Source: Octopus vulgaris (lineage: Eukaryota). From it: DNA of 64,000 nt. The notes under the pieces were generated by a model, which saw only the letters and a list, made by a program, of their open reading frames with translations, was not told the DNA's origin and ran no database searches. The stretch lies in assembly GCA_951406725.2 (NCBI GenBank), contig CATOCA020000001.1:10354001-10418000 (forward strand), read 5' to 3'. The translations under genes were made by a program, and so were the position numbers. This document shows, in pieces, positions 13,182 to 26,129 of the stretch. Position 1 is the first letter of the stretch, and each line of letters starts with the position of its first letter.

Positions 13182-14531
13182 GTTATTATTTATTTATGTA
13201 AATGTTTATTATATACATATATATATATATATATATGTGTATGTGTGTATGTTTATATATGTGTGTGTGTATGTATATATATATATATATGTTATTATTT
13301 ATTTATCTAAAGGTTTATTATATACATATATATATATGTATGTGTGTATGTATATATATGTGTGTGTGTGTATGTATATATATGTGTGTGTATGTATATA
13401 TATATATATACGTTATTATTTATTTATGCAAAGGTTTATTATATACATATATATATATATGTGTGTGTGTATGTATATATATATATATTTTTTTTTTTAT
13501 TTATCTAAAGGTATATTATATACATATATATATATATGTATGTGTGTATGTATATATATGTGTGTGTGTATGTATATATACATATATATATATGTTATTA
13601 TTTATTTATGTAAAGGTTTATTATATACATGTATATATATATGTATGTGGGTATGTATATATATATATGTGTGTGTGTATTTCTATATATGTGTGTGTGT
13701 GTTTCATGTTCGTCTCTGTGGCGTTGCATTCTTTCCTTCTGTGGTTGGATGATTCTTAGCGGATCTCAGAATTAAACAGCCCAAATCTGCGATGAGGTAT
13801 CTGTTTCTGGCTGATGAATGAAGGCTTTGAATGACCCGTTTGTCTTTTTGTTCGTCCCTTCGTGTATTTCACGTTATTTATTTATGTAAAGGTTTATTAT
13901 ATATTTCGCAGCGTACGTGCATAATAACTTTTTTATGTTTATCATATCAAAACCCCTGCGCGATGTCTTTAAACTATTTTCTTTCCTTCGCCATTGCTTC
14001 GTTGCCAAATTGTTTTGGCGCCTTTTCCTCCCAGCCTCTCTGATTCCTTCTCTCCCTCTCTCTCTTGATGACTGCTTCTTCTTTGATTCCTTCTCTCCCT
14101 CTCTCTCTCTCGGTCACCGCTTCTGTCCTCGCCTTCTACCCTCCTTGGTACCCTCTCTCTCTTAGCCCCTCCTCTCTCTTACCATCTTGCGACTTGCTTG
14201 CTCAGCCATTCTGTTTCCATCGGCCACTTGTTCAACATGTGTCTTATCACCGAAAAGGTAATTATTTTTCCACGCTTGCTGATATTGTTTTTGTGTCTCT
14301 CTTTTTGTGTTAAAGCCGTTGAGCGCCTGTGTCATCCATGTTTTTAACCGTTACTGTCTCTAAAAAAGATTTTTCGTTTCATGTTCGTCTCTGTTGCGTT
14401 GCATTCTTTCCTTCTGTGGCTGGCTGATTCCGAGCGGATCTCAGAATTGAACGGCCGAAATCTGCGATGAGGGATCAGCTTCTGACTGATGAATGAAGGC
14501 TTTGAATGACCCGTTTGTCTTTTTGTTCGTC

Positions 14532-14535
<4 letters not shown>
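5518..14535. repeat. Higher-order tandem array of microsatellite-rich block M, about 200-bp block A (11 copies) and about 470-bp block B (5 copies), arranged M-A-B-A
   Basis: A starts near 6541, 7217, 7684, 8350, 9242, 10356, 11029, 12146, 12821, 13702 and 14377. B lies at about 6741-7215, 7886-8349, 10557-11028, 12347-12820 and 13903-14376. Confidence 0.95.
9894..9964. repeat. Single 65-bp satellite unit embedded in the higher-order array
   Basis: AGAACAAGGTAAATACCTAGTTAGTCTGTAGCTTGTGCAGAGTCCGGTGCTCCCGTAGGTACATCAGAACA. Confidence 0.95.
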
Positions 14536-14583
<48 letters not shown>

Positions 14584-14602
14584 GTTTGTATGTATATATG
14601 TA

Positions 14603-14960
14603 CTAGCAGTATCGCCCGGCGTTGCTCGGGTTTGTTTCGACCCGCTGGAATTGTAATTTTGAAAAGTAAATATTTTGTGAACATTTTTCTGGTCGAAATA
14701 CACCGAAAAGTGGCGACACAGCAGTGAAAAAATTGTAAAAAATAGGCATTTTCATAGAAAAAAGCATCTTTTTGATGTAAATAATTGTTGGTGTTAACAT
14801 GGTCCGATTTGAATTTTATGTTCTACGGAAGGAAGAGCAACCCTTCTTCTATCATACTCTCAATTTTGGTCAACTTGCGCCGCAGGGTCTCGGAGGAGAT
14901 AGTGTTAGTTGAAGGTTACCAAACGTGGCGCACACAGACAACTTTAGCTTTATATAGAGA
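14603..14960 (-). mobile_element. Complete non-autonomous Helitron (358 bp)
   Basis: Minus strand begins A|TC (TCTCTATATAAAGC) and ends CCCGAGCAACGCCGGG hairpin plus GATACTGCTAG|T. No TSD. Confidence 0.85.
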
Positions 14961-15025
14961 TAACACACACACATTAATACACATACATAGACACACACAT
15001 GTATGTATGGATGTATATATGGGTA

Positions 15026-16594
15026 CTTGTATCGCAGAGTGGTCCCGGTTGCGCACACGCGGATTCGCGCGTGCGAGCCAGACGTAGGTACTCGATATTT
15101 GATCGCCCTTAAATAATTACTTTTTTTTAAAGAAACGCGAACGTATATAACGCGCAAAATTATTCCGTAGAATTTATCAAATTAAATAACGCAAAATTAA
15201 TATATTTTTTGAAATTGCAAATTATTTAGAATATAAAAATCTGGCTGCTATTTCTAGGTGCCTGAGTAACAACCTCGCGGATTTACAGATAAATGAATTA
15301 ATTACTATTTTACAGAATAAAACTAAATAATTCTTGAAAATTAATTAATATTAATATTTTTTGAACAAAGTAAATAATTTTTAAAACTTAAATAATAATT
15401 TTTTTTACACAAACGCGAACGGGGAAAAGGGGGTGGCGAATTCGATTTTTTATTTTCGTTGAATGAATAGAAAAAATGTATAATATATGTTGTACATACC
15501 TAAATTTTTTCTTTTTCATGACATTGTAGCAAAATAGTAGTGAAATATATAAATACCAGCAGTACATTTTTTTTTCTGGGGTATGTGTTTTTGTGTGTGT
15601 GTGTCACTGAAACCATACATACATATATACATACATAACCTCTCTCTCTCTTTTCTCTCTCAGTCACTCACTACAAAAAGTGAATAAAAAAAAGTTCAGT
15701 TATATCTGTCTTTCACTCTCTCTGTCTCTTTACACACACTAACAAAAGCACTTCACTTACACACCACACTTTCTGTGTCGCACAACCCATCAAACACAGA
15801 CACACACACACACACACACTCACGCACGCACACATGTACATCAATGATTTCGGAGTGAAATGTTAAAATATTGAGTTTTCTCGAATTTTGTCTTAATTGG
15901 GGGTGAAATTGAAAGAAATTTGTTATGGCATGACCGAATGGAGTACTTTGAAAAATCTTAGGTAAACTCTAATTGAAGAAATTGTGTGAGGAGTAAATCG
16001 TTATGTATTTATTTGTTTCTGTTTGCTGTGTTTTTTTATTTTTTTAGTAGTGGTTTAAGGTACACTTGCAAAGAGAAAGTGGGAGAAATTATGTTGATAG
16101 CATGAGTGATCCGTTTTATAGAAATACTTTCAGTTTAGTCTTCCTCAAATCACTCTGTCGCTATTTACTCTCTTCCAAGAACGTTTTCACTCACTCTTAT
16201 CTCTTAGCTTGCCATACATTTTACTCATGTATCTATCAGCCTGATAGACAGAAACAAATATTACATCGCCATCGCCATCGCCATCGCATTCTATTGTCTA
16301 CCTGTCAACACACACACAGTGAATTACTTTCAGTTTATTCGTTGCACACTGTGTGTGTGCGTGTGCGTGTGGTGTGAACCACATTAAGAAAAGCATTTGA
16401 CATACACATCAGAATGTGAGTTTTCTGTAAATTTTGCTTAATTGGAGTTTAAATTTTAAAAACTGGACCTGGCATGACCCGATGCATTCTACTCTTAAAA
16501 ATGCTAGGTAAATTGTAATTGAAGAAATCCTATATTGTAGATTTCTATAACTGACAAAGGGAGGCAGATAAAATCTGCCTTTTATAATAAGAGA
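15026..16594 (-). mobile_element. Second Helitron-like element (5' A|TCTCTTATTATAAAAGGCAGATTTTATCTGCC); 3' boundary uncertain
   Basis: 5' about 470 bp is homologous to 29151-29550. Internal sub-repeat 15870-15985 matches 16415-16530. GC hairpin at 15052-15075 is a possible 3' terminator. Confidence 0.55.
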
Positions 16595-16835
16595 TATATG
16601 TAGAGAGAGAGAGAGAGGGAGAGAGAGAGAGAGAGAAAGAGAGTGAGAGAGAGAGAGTAAGTTGGGGTTCAACAAGGCACCAATGTTTATTAGAAATAGC
16701 AGTCAATAAATTTGTTGTACTATCGTAAAGCTTCATAACGTTTGAACTGGCGAAGAAGTGTGAGGGCAGCGAACATAAAAGAAAATAATTCGCCTTGCCT
16801 CAAGGAATAGCAGTAGATAAACGGACATCCCCCAG

Positions 16836-16925
<90 letters not shown>

Positions 16926-16954
16926 AAGGGTGGAAAGGATCACACGAGTTGATA

Positions 16955-17190
16955 TATATGAACAAACAAGTCAAAAATAGAAAATGCTAAAATAATTTTA
17001 TAGTGAATCTTTCAGTACCGGTTTCGGTCATTTTGAGACCTTTTTAACTGTAACGATTAAATAATTAAATTTAGAAAAATTAGAAGAAAAGTTTTTTTAA
17101 AGGAATATTTCTATAGTAGTGTTCAGATATAAGTGGCATTCTGCCTTTCTCTGACTCCCTTGTTTGCACTTGTGTGTTCGAGGTCGTTGT
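16955..17190 (-). mobile_element. Penelope-like terminal-repeat fragment with a hammerhead-like fold (17013-17050); direct copy at 20285-20510
   Basis: Minus strand reads CAG-TTAAAAA-GGTC(tcaaaat)GACC-GAAACCGGTA-CTG, flanked by (TA)n. Confidence 0.6.
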
Positions 17191-17205
17191 ATATATATAT
17201 ATATT

Positions 17206-17326
<121 letters not shown>

Positions 17327-17339
17327 TATAAAGATATAT

Positions 17340-17393
<54 letters not shown>

Positions 17394-17589
17394 GAATTAT
17401 AGAAGTGATATTTTCCTGAACTGTACCCGTGATATACCCACGGATAATAATTCTAAATCACTAAACGACCAGGATTATAAACATTTGTTGTATGAGGTAC
17501 AAGACAAACTTGAAGTCCCTGCTGTCGTAATAAATTAGAAAAATACAACTTAAATTGAAGTATTGAACACTTTCAGCAAAGTATGCGTG

Positions 17590-17639
<50 letters not shown>

Positions 17640-17778
17640 TTAAAATAAAAACATGATGCCAAGGATTCAGCCAAGGATGTTTCGGGCCTTTATTAGACGG
17701 ATTTATAACAATGCATAATGTATGTCTGTGGCCTTCTTCAACCGCGCACAACAACTTCCACAAGGACATGTATTACAT

Positions 17779-17837
<59 letters not shown>

Positions 17838-17842
17838 TATAG

Positions 17843-18072
17843 AAGCCATCTTAACATGGCTAACCAGATAGGGGAGGGGTGTTACTGTAGCTTTATAGCC
17901 CCAGGTGATCGTCGTCTCCAGATGGCTTTAGACACCATATCAGTGCCATATCAGTGCCATATCAAGGGCACTGATATGGTGTCTAAAGCCAGCTGGAGAC
18001 GAAGATCTCCTGGGGCTATAAAGCTACAGTAACACCCCCTCCCCTATGTGGTTAGCCATGTTAAGATGGCTT
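17843..18072. repeat. 230-bp near-perfect palindrome (about 105-bp arms, 19-bp loop)
   Basis: AAGCCATCTTAACATGGCTAACC...CAGTGCC pairs with GGCACTG...GGTTAGCCATGTTAAGATGGCTT. Confidence 0.95.
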
Positions 18073-18130
18073 ACATTGTCGAGCGATTACTGTTTCAATC
18101 TCATTCTGAGATTTAATAATGCTATATATA

Positions 18131-18184
<54 letters not shown>

Positions 18185-18271
18185 AGAGTTCTATATTTAA
18201 GAAATGCGGTAATATGTACATTATTTACATTATTTATATTTGAAGGATATGTGTCCTCATCTGTTTGTTCT

Positions 18272-18320
18272 TAACACAACGTTTCGGCTGATATGCCCTC
18301 CAGCCTACATCAGGTGTCTT
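18272..18320 (-). ncRNA. Minimal type I hammerhead ribozyme motif (one core mismatch)
   Basis: GACAC-CTGATGT-A-GGCTG(gagggcatat)CAGCC-GAAACGTT-GTGTT. Stem I is GACAC/GTGTT, stem II is GGCTG/CAGCC, helix III is the palindrome ACGT. Confidence 0.7.
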
Positions 18321-18350
18321 AATCACTATGCCATCTGTCCACGGGAATAT

Positions 18351-18416
18351 TGGCATAGTGGTTAAGAGCGCGGGCTACTAACCCCAACATTCCGACTTCG
18401 ATTCCAGGCAGTGACA

Positions 18417-18464
<48 letters not shown>

Positions 18465-18562
18465 TTAGCAACATCGTAAAATACCTGAGGAATGAGAGCC
18501 CAGGTTTGAAATTTCTCCAAAACACCTGATTAAGGGGGGAGGGTATATCAGCCGCAACGATG
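18351..18562 (+). mobile_element. tRNA-derived head, (AAT)n tract and degenerate hammerhead copy
   Basis: A box TGGCATAGTGG, anticodon-like arm GGG-CTACTAA-CCC, B-box-like CTTCGATTCC, (AAT)n at 18419-18463, then AACACCTGATTAAGG...TATATCAGCCGCAACG at 18521-18559. Confidence 0.7.
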
Positions 18563-18688
18563 TAAATACAATGTATTTTATATATATATATATAAATATA
18601 TATATGTTAAAATTTCTTTTTCTATAAGACCGCAGGTCGCGGTCCTGTAGCGACGAAAATACTTTGACAAATTAAACTTAAATGTTGA

Positions 18689-19083
18689 AGGAGTGGCTGT
18701 GTGGTAAGTAGCTTGCTAACCAACCACATGGTTCCGGGTTCAGTCCCACTGCGTGGCATCTTGGGCAAGTGTCTTCTGCTATAGCCCCGGGCCGACCAAA
18801 GCCTTGTGAGTGGATTTGGTAGACGGAAACTGAAAGAAGCCCGTCGTATATATGTACATATATATAAGTGTGTGTGTATATGTTTGTGTGTCTGTGTTTG
18901 TCCCCCTACAACCGATGCTGGTGTGTTTACGTCCCCGTCACTTAGCAGTTCGGCAAAAGAGAGCGATAGAATAAGTACTGGGCTTACAAAGAATAAGTCC
19001 CAGGGTCGATTTGCTCGACTAAAAGCGGTGCTCCAGCATGGCCGCAGTCAAATGACTGAAACAAGTAAAAGAAAAAAGAGTAA
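18689..19083 (+). mobile_element. SINE family A, near full length
   Basis: A box GTGGCTGTGTGG, B box GGTTCAGTCCC, CORE-like CTTGGGCAAGTGTCTT, tail CAGTCAAATGACTGAAACAAGTAAAAG. Confidence 0.92.
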
Positions 19084-19489
19084 GTGAATCGAACGGCTTT
19101 TGTGTGTTTCTTAAATGGCTTACAAACACCTTCCACGCTGCAATTGTTTTCGTTTCAGCACACGATCTCAGATCAAATCACTTGCAATGCAAGTACATCT
19201 CTGTAATCTTTTTCATTAAATCTCTTTATGGATATCTTGGTTCTTTTTTTCTCAGAAACAATTATCTGGGATGGGATTATGAAATAAAAGGATAATCCAT
19301 TTTAACATCCAATCTGCATCATTTGATTTATTTGATGAAAATTATTAAACTTTGTCTAATATATTGTCTCATACTGACTCCCTCTCTCTCCCGTCTCCCT
19401 CCTTTCTCTCTCACTCTCTATATAAAGGTTATGAGATGTAATGGAGTCAATAAATCCCAAAGGTGTCAGGTAATGCTGAGTAAATGCAC

Positions 19490-19641
19490 CAGTGACGTCG
19501 CAACTCATTTCTACAGCTGAGTGAACTTGAGCAACGTGAAATAAAGTGTCTTGCTCAAGAACACAACACGCAGCCCGGTTCGGGATTCGAGCTCACAACC
19601 TCACGATCGTAAGCTCGACGCTCTAACCACTGAGCCATGCA
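19490..19641 (-). mobile_element. SINE family C head (tRNA-derived, ACG anticodon-like loop, CORE-like TTGAGCAAGACACTT)
   Basis: Minus strand reads GCATGGCTCAGTGGTTAGAGC...GCTCGAATCCC...TTGAGCAAGACACTTTATTTCACGTTGCTC. Confidence 0.85.
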
Positions 19642-19642
19642 C

Positions 19643-19750
<108 letters not shown>

Positions 19751-19978
19751 TATATACAGGTTATGAGAGGTAATGGGGTCAATAAATCCCAAAGGTGCCA
19801 GGCAATGCTGAGTAAGTGTTATGGACAGACTGTAGTTAAGCTCCATGTTCGATGATTAAGGAAATGAGGAGTCCAACGCATCTCATATATCAGCATGCGT
19901 AGATATGAAAAAAAATTAACAGAATGAGATAAAAGTCTCAGGCTGTGAAAGATTTCAGAACATTTATAAAGAGAAGGT

Positions 19979-20024
19979 CTTAGAGCTGTTTCCGGGATAA
20001 TTTATATACCCCTTCATCGGACAC
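19979..20024 (-). ncRNA. Degenerate hammerhead-like motif
   Basis: Minus strand reads CCGATGA-AGGGGTA(tataaat)TATCCCG-GAAACAGCTCTA, with a near-palindromic helix III. Confidence 0.45.
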
Positions 20025-20247
20025 GTTGTGAGAAGATGGTTAAGCAATAGTTATTCTAGATAAGATATGAAATAGAGAGTGGAGTGGAGGAATGAAAATA
20101 GATGTGAGATATGCAGGGATATTGTATCTGTAGCTCCATTATTTAGGCAGAATGGTTTACATAAAAGATTCCTGTACCTTGTGTATAAGCGCTTTAGTAC
20201 CTGACACCTTTGTGTTTTATTGACACCATTACCTCTCATAACCTCAA

Positions 20248-20290
<43 letters not shown>

Positions 20291-20508
20291 AAACAAGTCA
20301 AAATAGAAAATGCTAAAATAATTTTATAAAGGACATTTCAGTACTGGTTTCGGTCATTTTGAGACCTTTACAACTGTAACGATTAAATAATTAAATTAAG
20401 AAACATTAAAAGAAAAGTTTTTTTAAAGGAATGTTTGTATAGAGTTCAAATATAAGTGGCATTCTGCCTTTCTCTGTCTCCCTTGTTTGCACTTGTGTGT
20501 TCCAGGCC

Positions 20509-20578
<70 letters not shown>

Positions 20579-20640
20579 ATATAAAGAGTGAGTGAGGAAT
20601 AGAGAAAGTGAATAAAAAACCATTGATACAAGATATATAG

Positions 20641-21218
20641 TTCTACAATAGGCACAAGGCGTGAAATTTGGGGGAGGGGACAAGTCGAATGCATCGACCT
20701 TCATTCTTTGACTGGTACTTAATATATCGACCCCGAAATGATGAAAGGCAAAGTTGACCTCGGCTGAATTTGAACTCAAAATGTATCGACGGGCAAAATA
20801 TCTGTTTCTTTATTACCCACAAGGGGCTAAACATAGAGGGGACAGACAATGACAGACAAACCGATTACGTCGATTATATCGATCCCCCAGTGCGTAACTG
20901 GTAATTAATTTATCGACCCCGTACTAATGAAAGGGAAATTCGACCTCGGCTGAATTTGAACTCGAAATATATCAACGGGCAAAATATCTGTTTCCTTAAT
21001 ATCCACAAAGGGCTAAACATAGAGGTGACAAACAAGGACAGACAAACAGATTAAGTCGATTACATCGACCCCAGTGCGTAACTGGTACTTAATTTACCCA
21101 TCCCGAAAGGATGAAAGGCAAAGTCGACCTCGGCGGAATTTGAACTAGTACTTAGCGGCAACGAAATACGGCTACGCATTTCGCCCGGCGCGCTAAAGTT
21201 TCTGCAGCTCGCCACCTT
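20641..21218 (-). mobile_element. SINE family B, trimeric form
   Basis: One head (GGCGAGCTGCAGAAAC) followed by three GTTCAAATTC...GAGGTCGACTTTGCCTTTCATC-type bodies. Confidence 0.88.
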
Positions 21219-21549
21219 TGGGTGGGCAGGATATAGCAGTAATTGTTGGTCTGAGTCACCTGTGTGTTTACCTGTGTTAGTGTATGTGTATGTGTATGTG
21301 TGAGTGTGTGTGTGTGTGAGTGTGTGTGTAGAATGTTGCAATGAGTCACACTTGACTTAACATTAACGACTGCAGGCTTCTTAGTCAAAAAATCAGGTCA
21401 GACATTTTTACATACAAGTAATCACTATTATTGCCAAGGTTATACACACATAATTACATGTCTGCATTTATATATATAGATGTATAGGTAGGTATATATA
21501 TGGACAAATATGCATGCTCATACTTTATATATATATATATATTTATTTT

Positions 21550-21582
<33 letters not shown>

Positions 21583-21612
21583 TGTGTGTATGGATTTTTG
21601 TGTGCATATATT

Positions 21613-21667
<55 letters not shown>

Positions 21668-21774
21668 GTGTATGTGTGTGTGAGTGTGTGTGTGTATGTG
21701 AGTGTGTGTATGTATGTCTGTATGTATGTTTGTATATATATATATATATATATATCCCTTCATCTCTCTCTCTT

Positions 21775-21820
<46 letters not shown>

Positions 21821-21822
<2 letters not shown>

Positions 21823-22378
21823 CGCAGGAGTGGCTGTGTGGTAAGTAGCTTGCTTACCAACCACAAGGTTCCGGGTTCAGTCCCACTGCGTAGCATCTTG
21901 GGCAAGTGTCTTTACTATAGCCTCGGGCCGAACAAAGCCTTGTGAGTGGATTTGGTTGACGGAAACTGAAATATATATATATATGTTTGTGTATCTGTGT
22001 TCGTCCCTCTAGCATTGCTTCACAACCGATGCTGGTGTGTTCACGTCCCCGTCACTTAGCGGTTTAGCAAAAGAGACCGATAGAATAAGTACTGGGCTTA
22101 CAAAGAATAAGTTCCGGGGTCGATTTGCTCGACTAAAGACGGTGCTCCAGCATGGCCGCAGTCAAATGACTGAAACAAGTAAAACAGTAAAAGAGTATAT
22201 ATATATGCATATATAGGCGCAGGAGTGGCTGTGTGGTAAGTAGCTTGCTAACCAACCACATGGTTCCGGGTTCAGTCCCACTGCGTGGCATCTTGGGCAA
22301 GTGTCTTCTGCTATAGCCCCGGGCCGACCAATGCCTTGTGAGTGGATTTGGTAGACGGAAACTGAAAGAGGCCTGTCG

Positions 22379-22419
<41 letters not shown>

Positions 22420-22625
22420 CTGTGTTTGTTCCCCTAGCATTGCTTGACAACCGATGCTGGTGTGATTCCGTCCCCGTCACTTAGCGGTTCGGCAAAAAGA
22501 GACCGATAGAATAAGTACCGGGCTTACAAAAAGAATAAGTCCCGGGGTCGAGTTGCACGACTAAAGGCGGTGCTCCAGCATGGCCGCAGTCAACTGACTG
22601 AAACAAGTAAAAGAGTAAAAGAGTA
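21821..22625 (+). mobile_element. Two tandem SINE family A copies (21821-22196 and 22215-22625)
   Basis: Each runs from GCGCAGGAGTGGCTGTGTGG to the AAGTAAAAGAGT tail. Confidence 0.93.
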
Positions 22626-22957
22626 TATTTGTGTGCAAGTGTTTAGGTGTGTGCAACCATTTATGAATGTATGTATGCATATATGTAGGGATATATTTAT
22701 TTACAAATATATATTCATGTATGTGTGTGTGCCTGTGTATTACTGTGGCTTACGATTGTATTTCGTTCTGTAGCCATTACTTAATAAATAAATCTTTATT
22801 TCTTTAGTCTGAAAGAAAAGGAAGGGACACAAAACTTTTATAATGTTGTATGATTTTCACAACTTACCACATTTATATATTGTCATTTAAGCCCAATTGC
22901 CTTAAATTCGGGACATACTCTCTCTTTCTCTCTATCTCTCCCTCTCTCTCTCTCTCT

Positions 22958-22988
<31 letters not shown>

Positions 22989-23023
22989 ATATATATATAT
23001 TATATATATATGTACTATGTATG

Positions 23024-23059
<36 letters not shown>

Positions 23060-23085
23060 TATATGTAAATATATGTTATATGTAG

Positions 23086-23192
<107 letters not shown>

Positions 23193-23254
23193 TATATACA
23201 TATATATGTACATAAATATATATATATTTACATACGTATATACATACATACATT

Positions 23255-23290
<36 letters not shown>

Positions 23291-23631
23291 CTTTGATGTT
23301 CATCAGTGTTTTGTTTCTTTCTATTTACATATATAAATATTTTATATATCACTCCCAAGAAGTCCTATTTTTTTAGTTTTCATCTTTCCTGTCTCTCTCC
23401 TTCTCTTCCGCCCTCTCTCACTTTCTTCATTTATACAAATCATATACATACATAGAAATATACATAATTGCATGTATACACAATAAGAAACATATATACA
23501 TGCATCTTACATACACACACAGAAACATATATACATACCTCATACATACATACGTAATACATACATACATACATTCACGCATACATACATACACAAGGGC
23601 CGAAAATTTTCGGGGAGGGGACCAGTCGATA

Positions 23632-23711
23632 AGATCACCTACAATCAAACTACAAAGAAAGAATGTTCCCTAGAGAATATTCTTTCTTTGTAGTTTGATA
23701 GTAGGTGATCT
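23632..23711. repeat. 80-bp fold-back palindrome
   Basis: AGATCACCTACAATCAAACTACAAAGAAAGAATGTTC-CCTAGA-GAATATTCTTTCTTTGTAGTTTGATAGTAGGTGATCT. Confidence 0.92.
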
Positions 23712-23879
23712 ATTTCTAGCATATAGCTGTCCACATAGTGGTTTTTAGCCCTTAATATACACATGTATTAGAATTTTCTCTGATTTTTCAGACTTTTTTA
23801 TGCTAGGCTACTGGTTTTAAATTGATATTAATTAAATTAATATTCAATTCATCTCCCTCATTATTTAAATATATATATA

Positions 23880-23995
<116 letters not shown>

Positions 23996-24006
23996 ATTTA
24001 TATATA

Positions 24007-24064
<58 letters not shown>

Positions 24065-24071
<7 letters not shown>

Positions 24072-24091
24072 CATATATGTGTGTGTATGCA

Positions 24092-24125
<34 letters not shown>

Positions 24126-24143
24126 CATACACACACATATATA

Positions 24144-24179
<36 letters not shown>

Positions 24180-24437
24180 TGCATACACACACACACATAT
24201 ACATGCATATATATATTCATATATATACACATGTGTATATTAAGGGCTAAAAGCCACTATGTGGACAGCCATATGCTAGAAATAGATCACCTACGATCAA
24301 ACTACAAAGAAAGAATGTTCTCTAGGGAATACATGTGTATATTAATGTGCATACATACATACATATATATATAAATATGCATACATACATACATACATGC
24401 ATACATGCATACATTCATTCATACATACATACATACA

Positions 24438-24468
<31 letters not shown>

Positions 24469-24550
24469 CATACATGTAGGGTGAATGTATGTTTGATTAA
24501 AGGTATATGTGTGTATATTGTAGCGTGAGTGTTAGCGAGTAGATAGAGAC

Positions 24551-24602
<52 letters not shown>

Positions 24603-24730
24603 ATTAGGGCTTAGTAAAATAAATTACTTTGCCACATACTGAACTTGCTAGAAATAGCAGCCCCAAAAAAGTTTTTTTGCCATTTCCACTACTTAAAGAA
24701 AATTTCTCTCAGATAATTTTACCCTCAATT

Positions 24731-24821
<91 letters not shown>

Positions 24822-24902
24822 TATCTATCTATCTATCTATCTATATATATATATATATCTATCTATCTATCTATATATATATATATATATGTACATATAT
24901 AC

Positions 24903-24970
<68 letters not shown>

Positions 24971-24993
24971 ATATCTATCTATCTATCTATCTA

Positions 24994-25052
<59 letters not shown>

Positions 25053-25091
25053 GTATATATATATATAAATATATATATATTTATATATATA

Positions 25092-25164
<73 letters not shown>

Positions 25165-25201
25165 GCATATATGTGTGTGTATGCATACATACATACATAC
25201 A

Positions 25202-25250
<49 letters not shown>

Positions 25251-25543
25251 GTGTGTATGTATGTATGTATGTATGTATGCATACATACACACACACACAT
25301 ATACATGCATATATATATTCATATATATACACATGTGTATATTAAGGGCTAAAAGCCACTATGTGGACAGCCATATGCTAGAAATAGATCACCTACGATC
25401 AAACTACAAAGAAAGAATGTTCTCTAGGGAATACATGTGTATATTAATGTGCATACATAAATACATATATATATAAATATGCATACATACATACATACAT
25501 GCATACATGCATACATTCATTCATACATACATACATACATTCA

Positions 25544-25574
<31 letters not shown>

Positions 25575-25800
25575 GCAGGGTGAATGTATGTTTGATTAAA
25601 GGTATATGTGTGTATATTGTAGCGTGAGTGTTAGCGAGTAGATAGAGACTACTATATATATATATATATTATATAATTAGGGCTTAGTAAAATAAATTAC
25701 TTTGCCACATACTGAACTTGCTAGAAATAGCAGCCCCAAAAAAGTTTTTTTGCCATTTCCACTACTTAAAGAAAATTTCTCTCAGATAATTTTACCCTCA

Positions 25801-25882
<82 letters not shown>

Positions 25883-25974
25883 TACATCTATCTATCTATC
25901 TATCTATCTATCTTATATATATATCTATCTATCTATCTATCTATATATATATATATATATATGTACATATATAC

Positions 25975-26021
<47 letters not shown>

Positions 26022-26071
26022 CATATATATATATATACTTATATATCTATATCTATCTATCTATCTATCTA

Positions 26072-26125
<54 letters not shown>
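24065..26125. repeat. About 1.1-kb tandem duplication (two units)
   Basis: Non-microsatellite blocks recur: 24228-24340 matches 25330-25442, and 24600-24730 matches 25673-25803. Confidence 0.92.

Positions 26126-26129
<4 letters not shown>

Noticed and set aside
5550-13640. M blocks as a CRISPR-like repeat/spacer array
   Set aside because: The spacers are only TA/TG microsatellite length variants.
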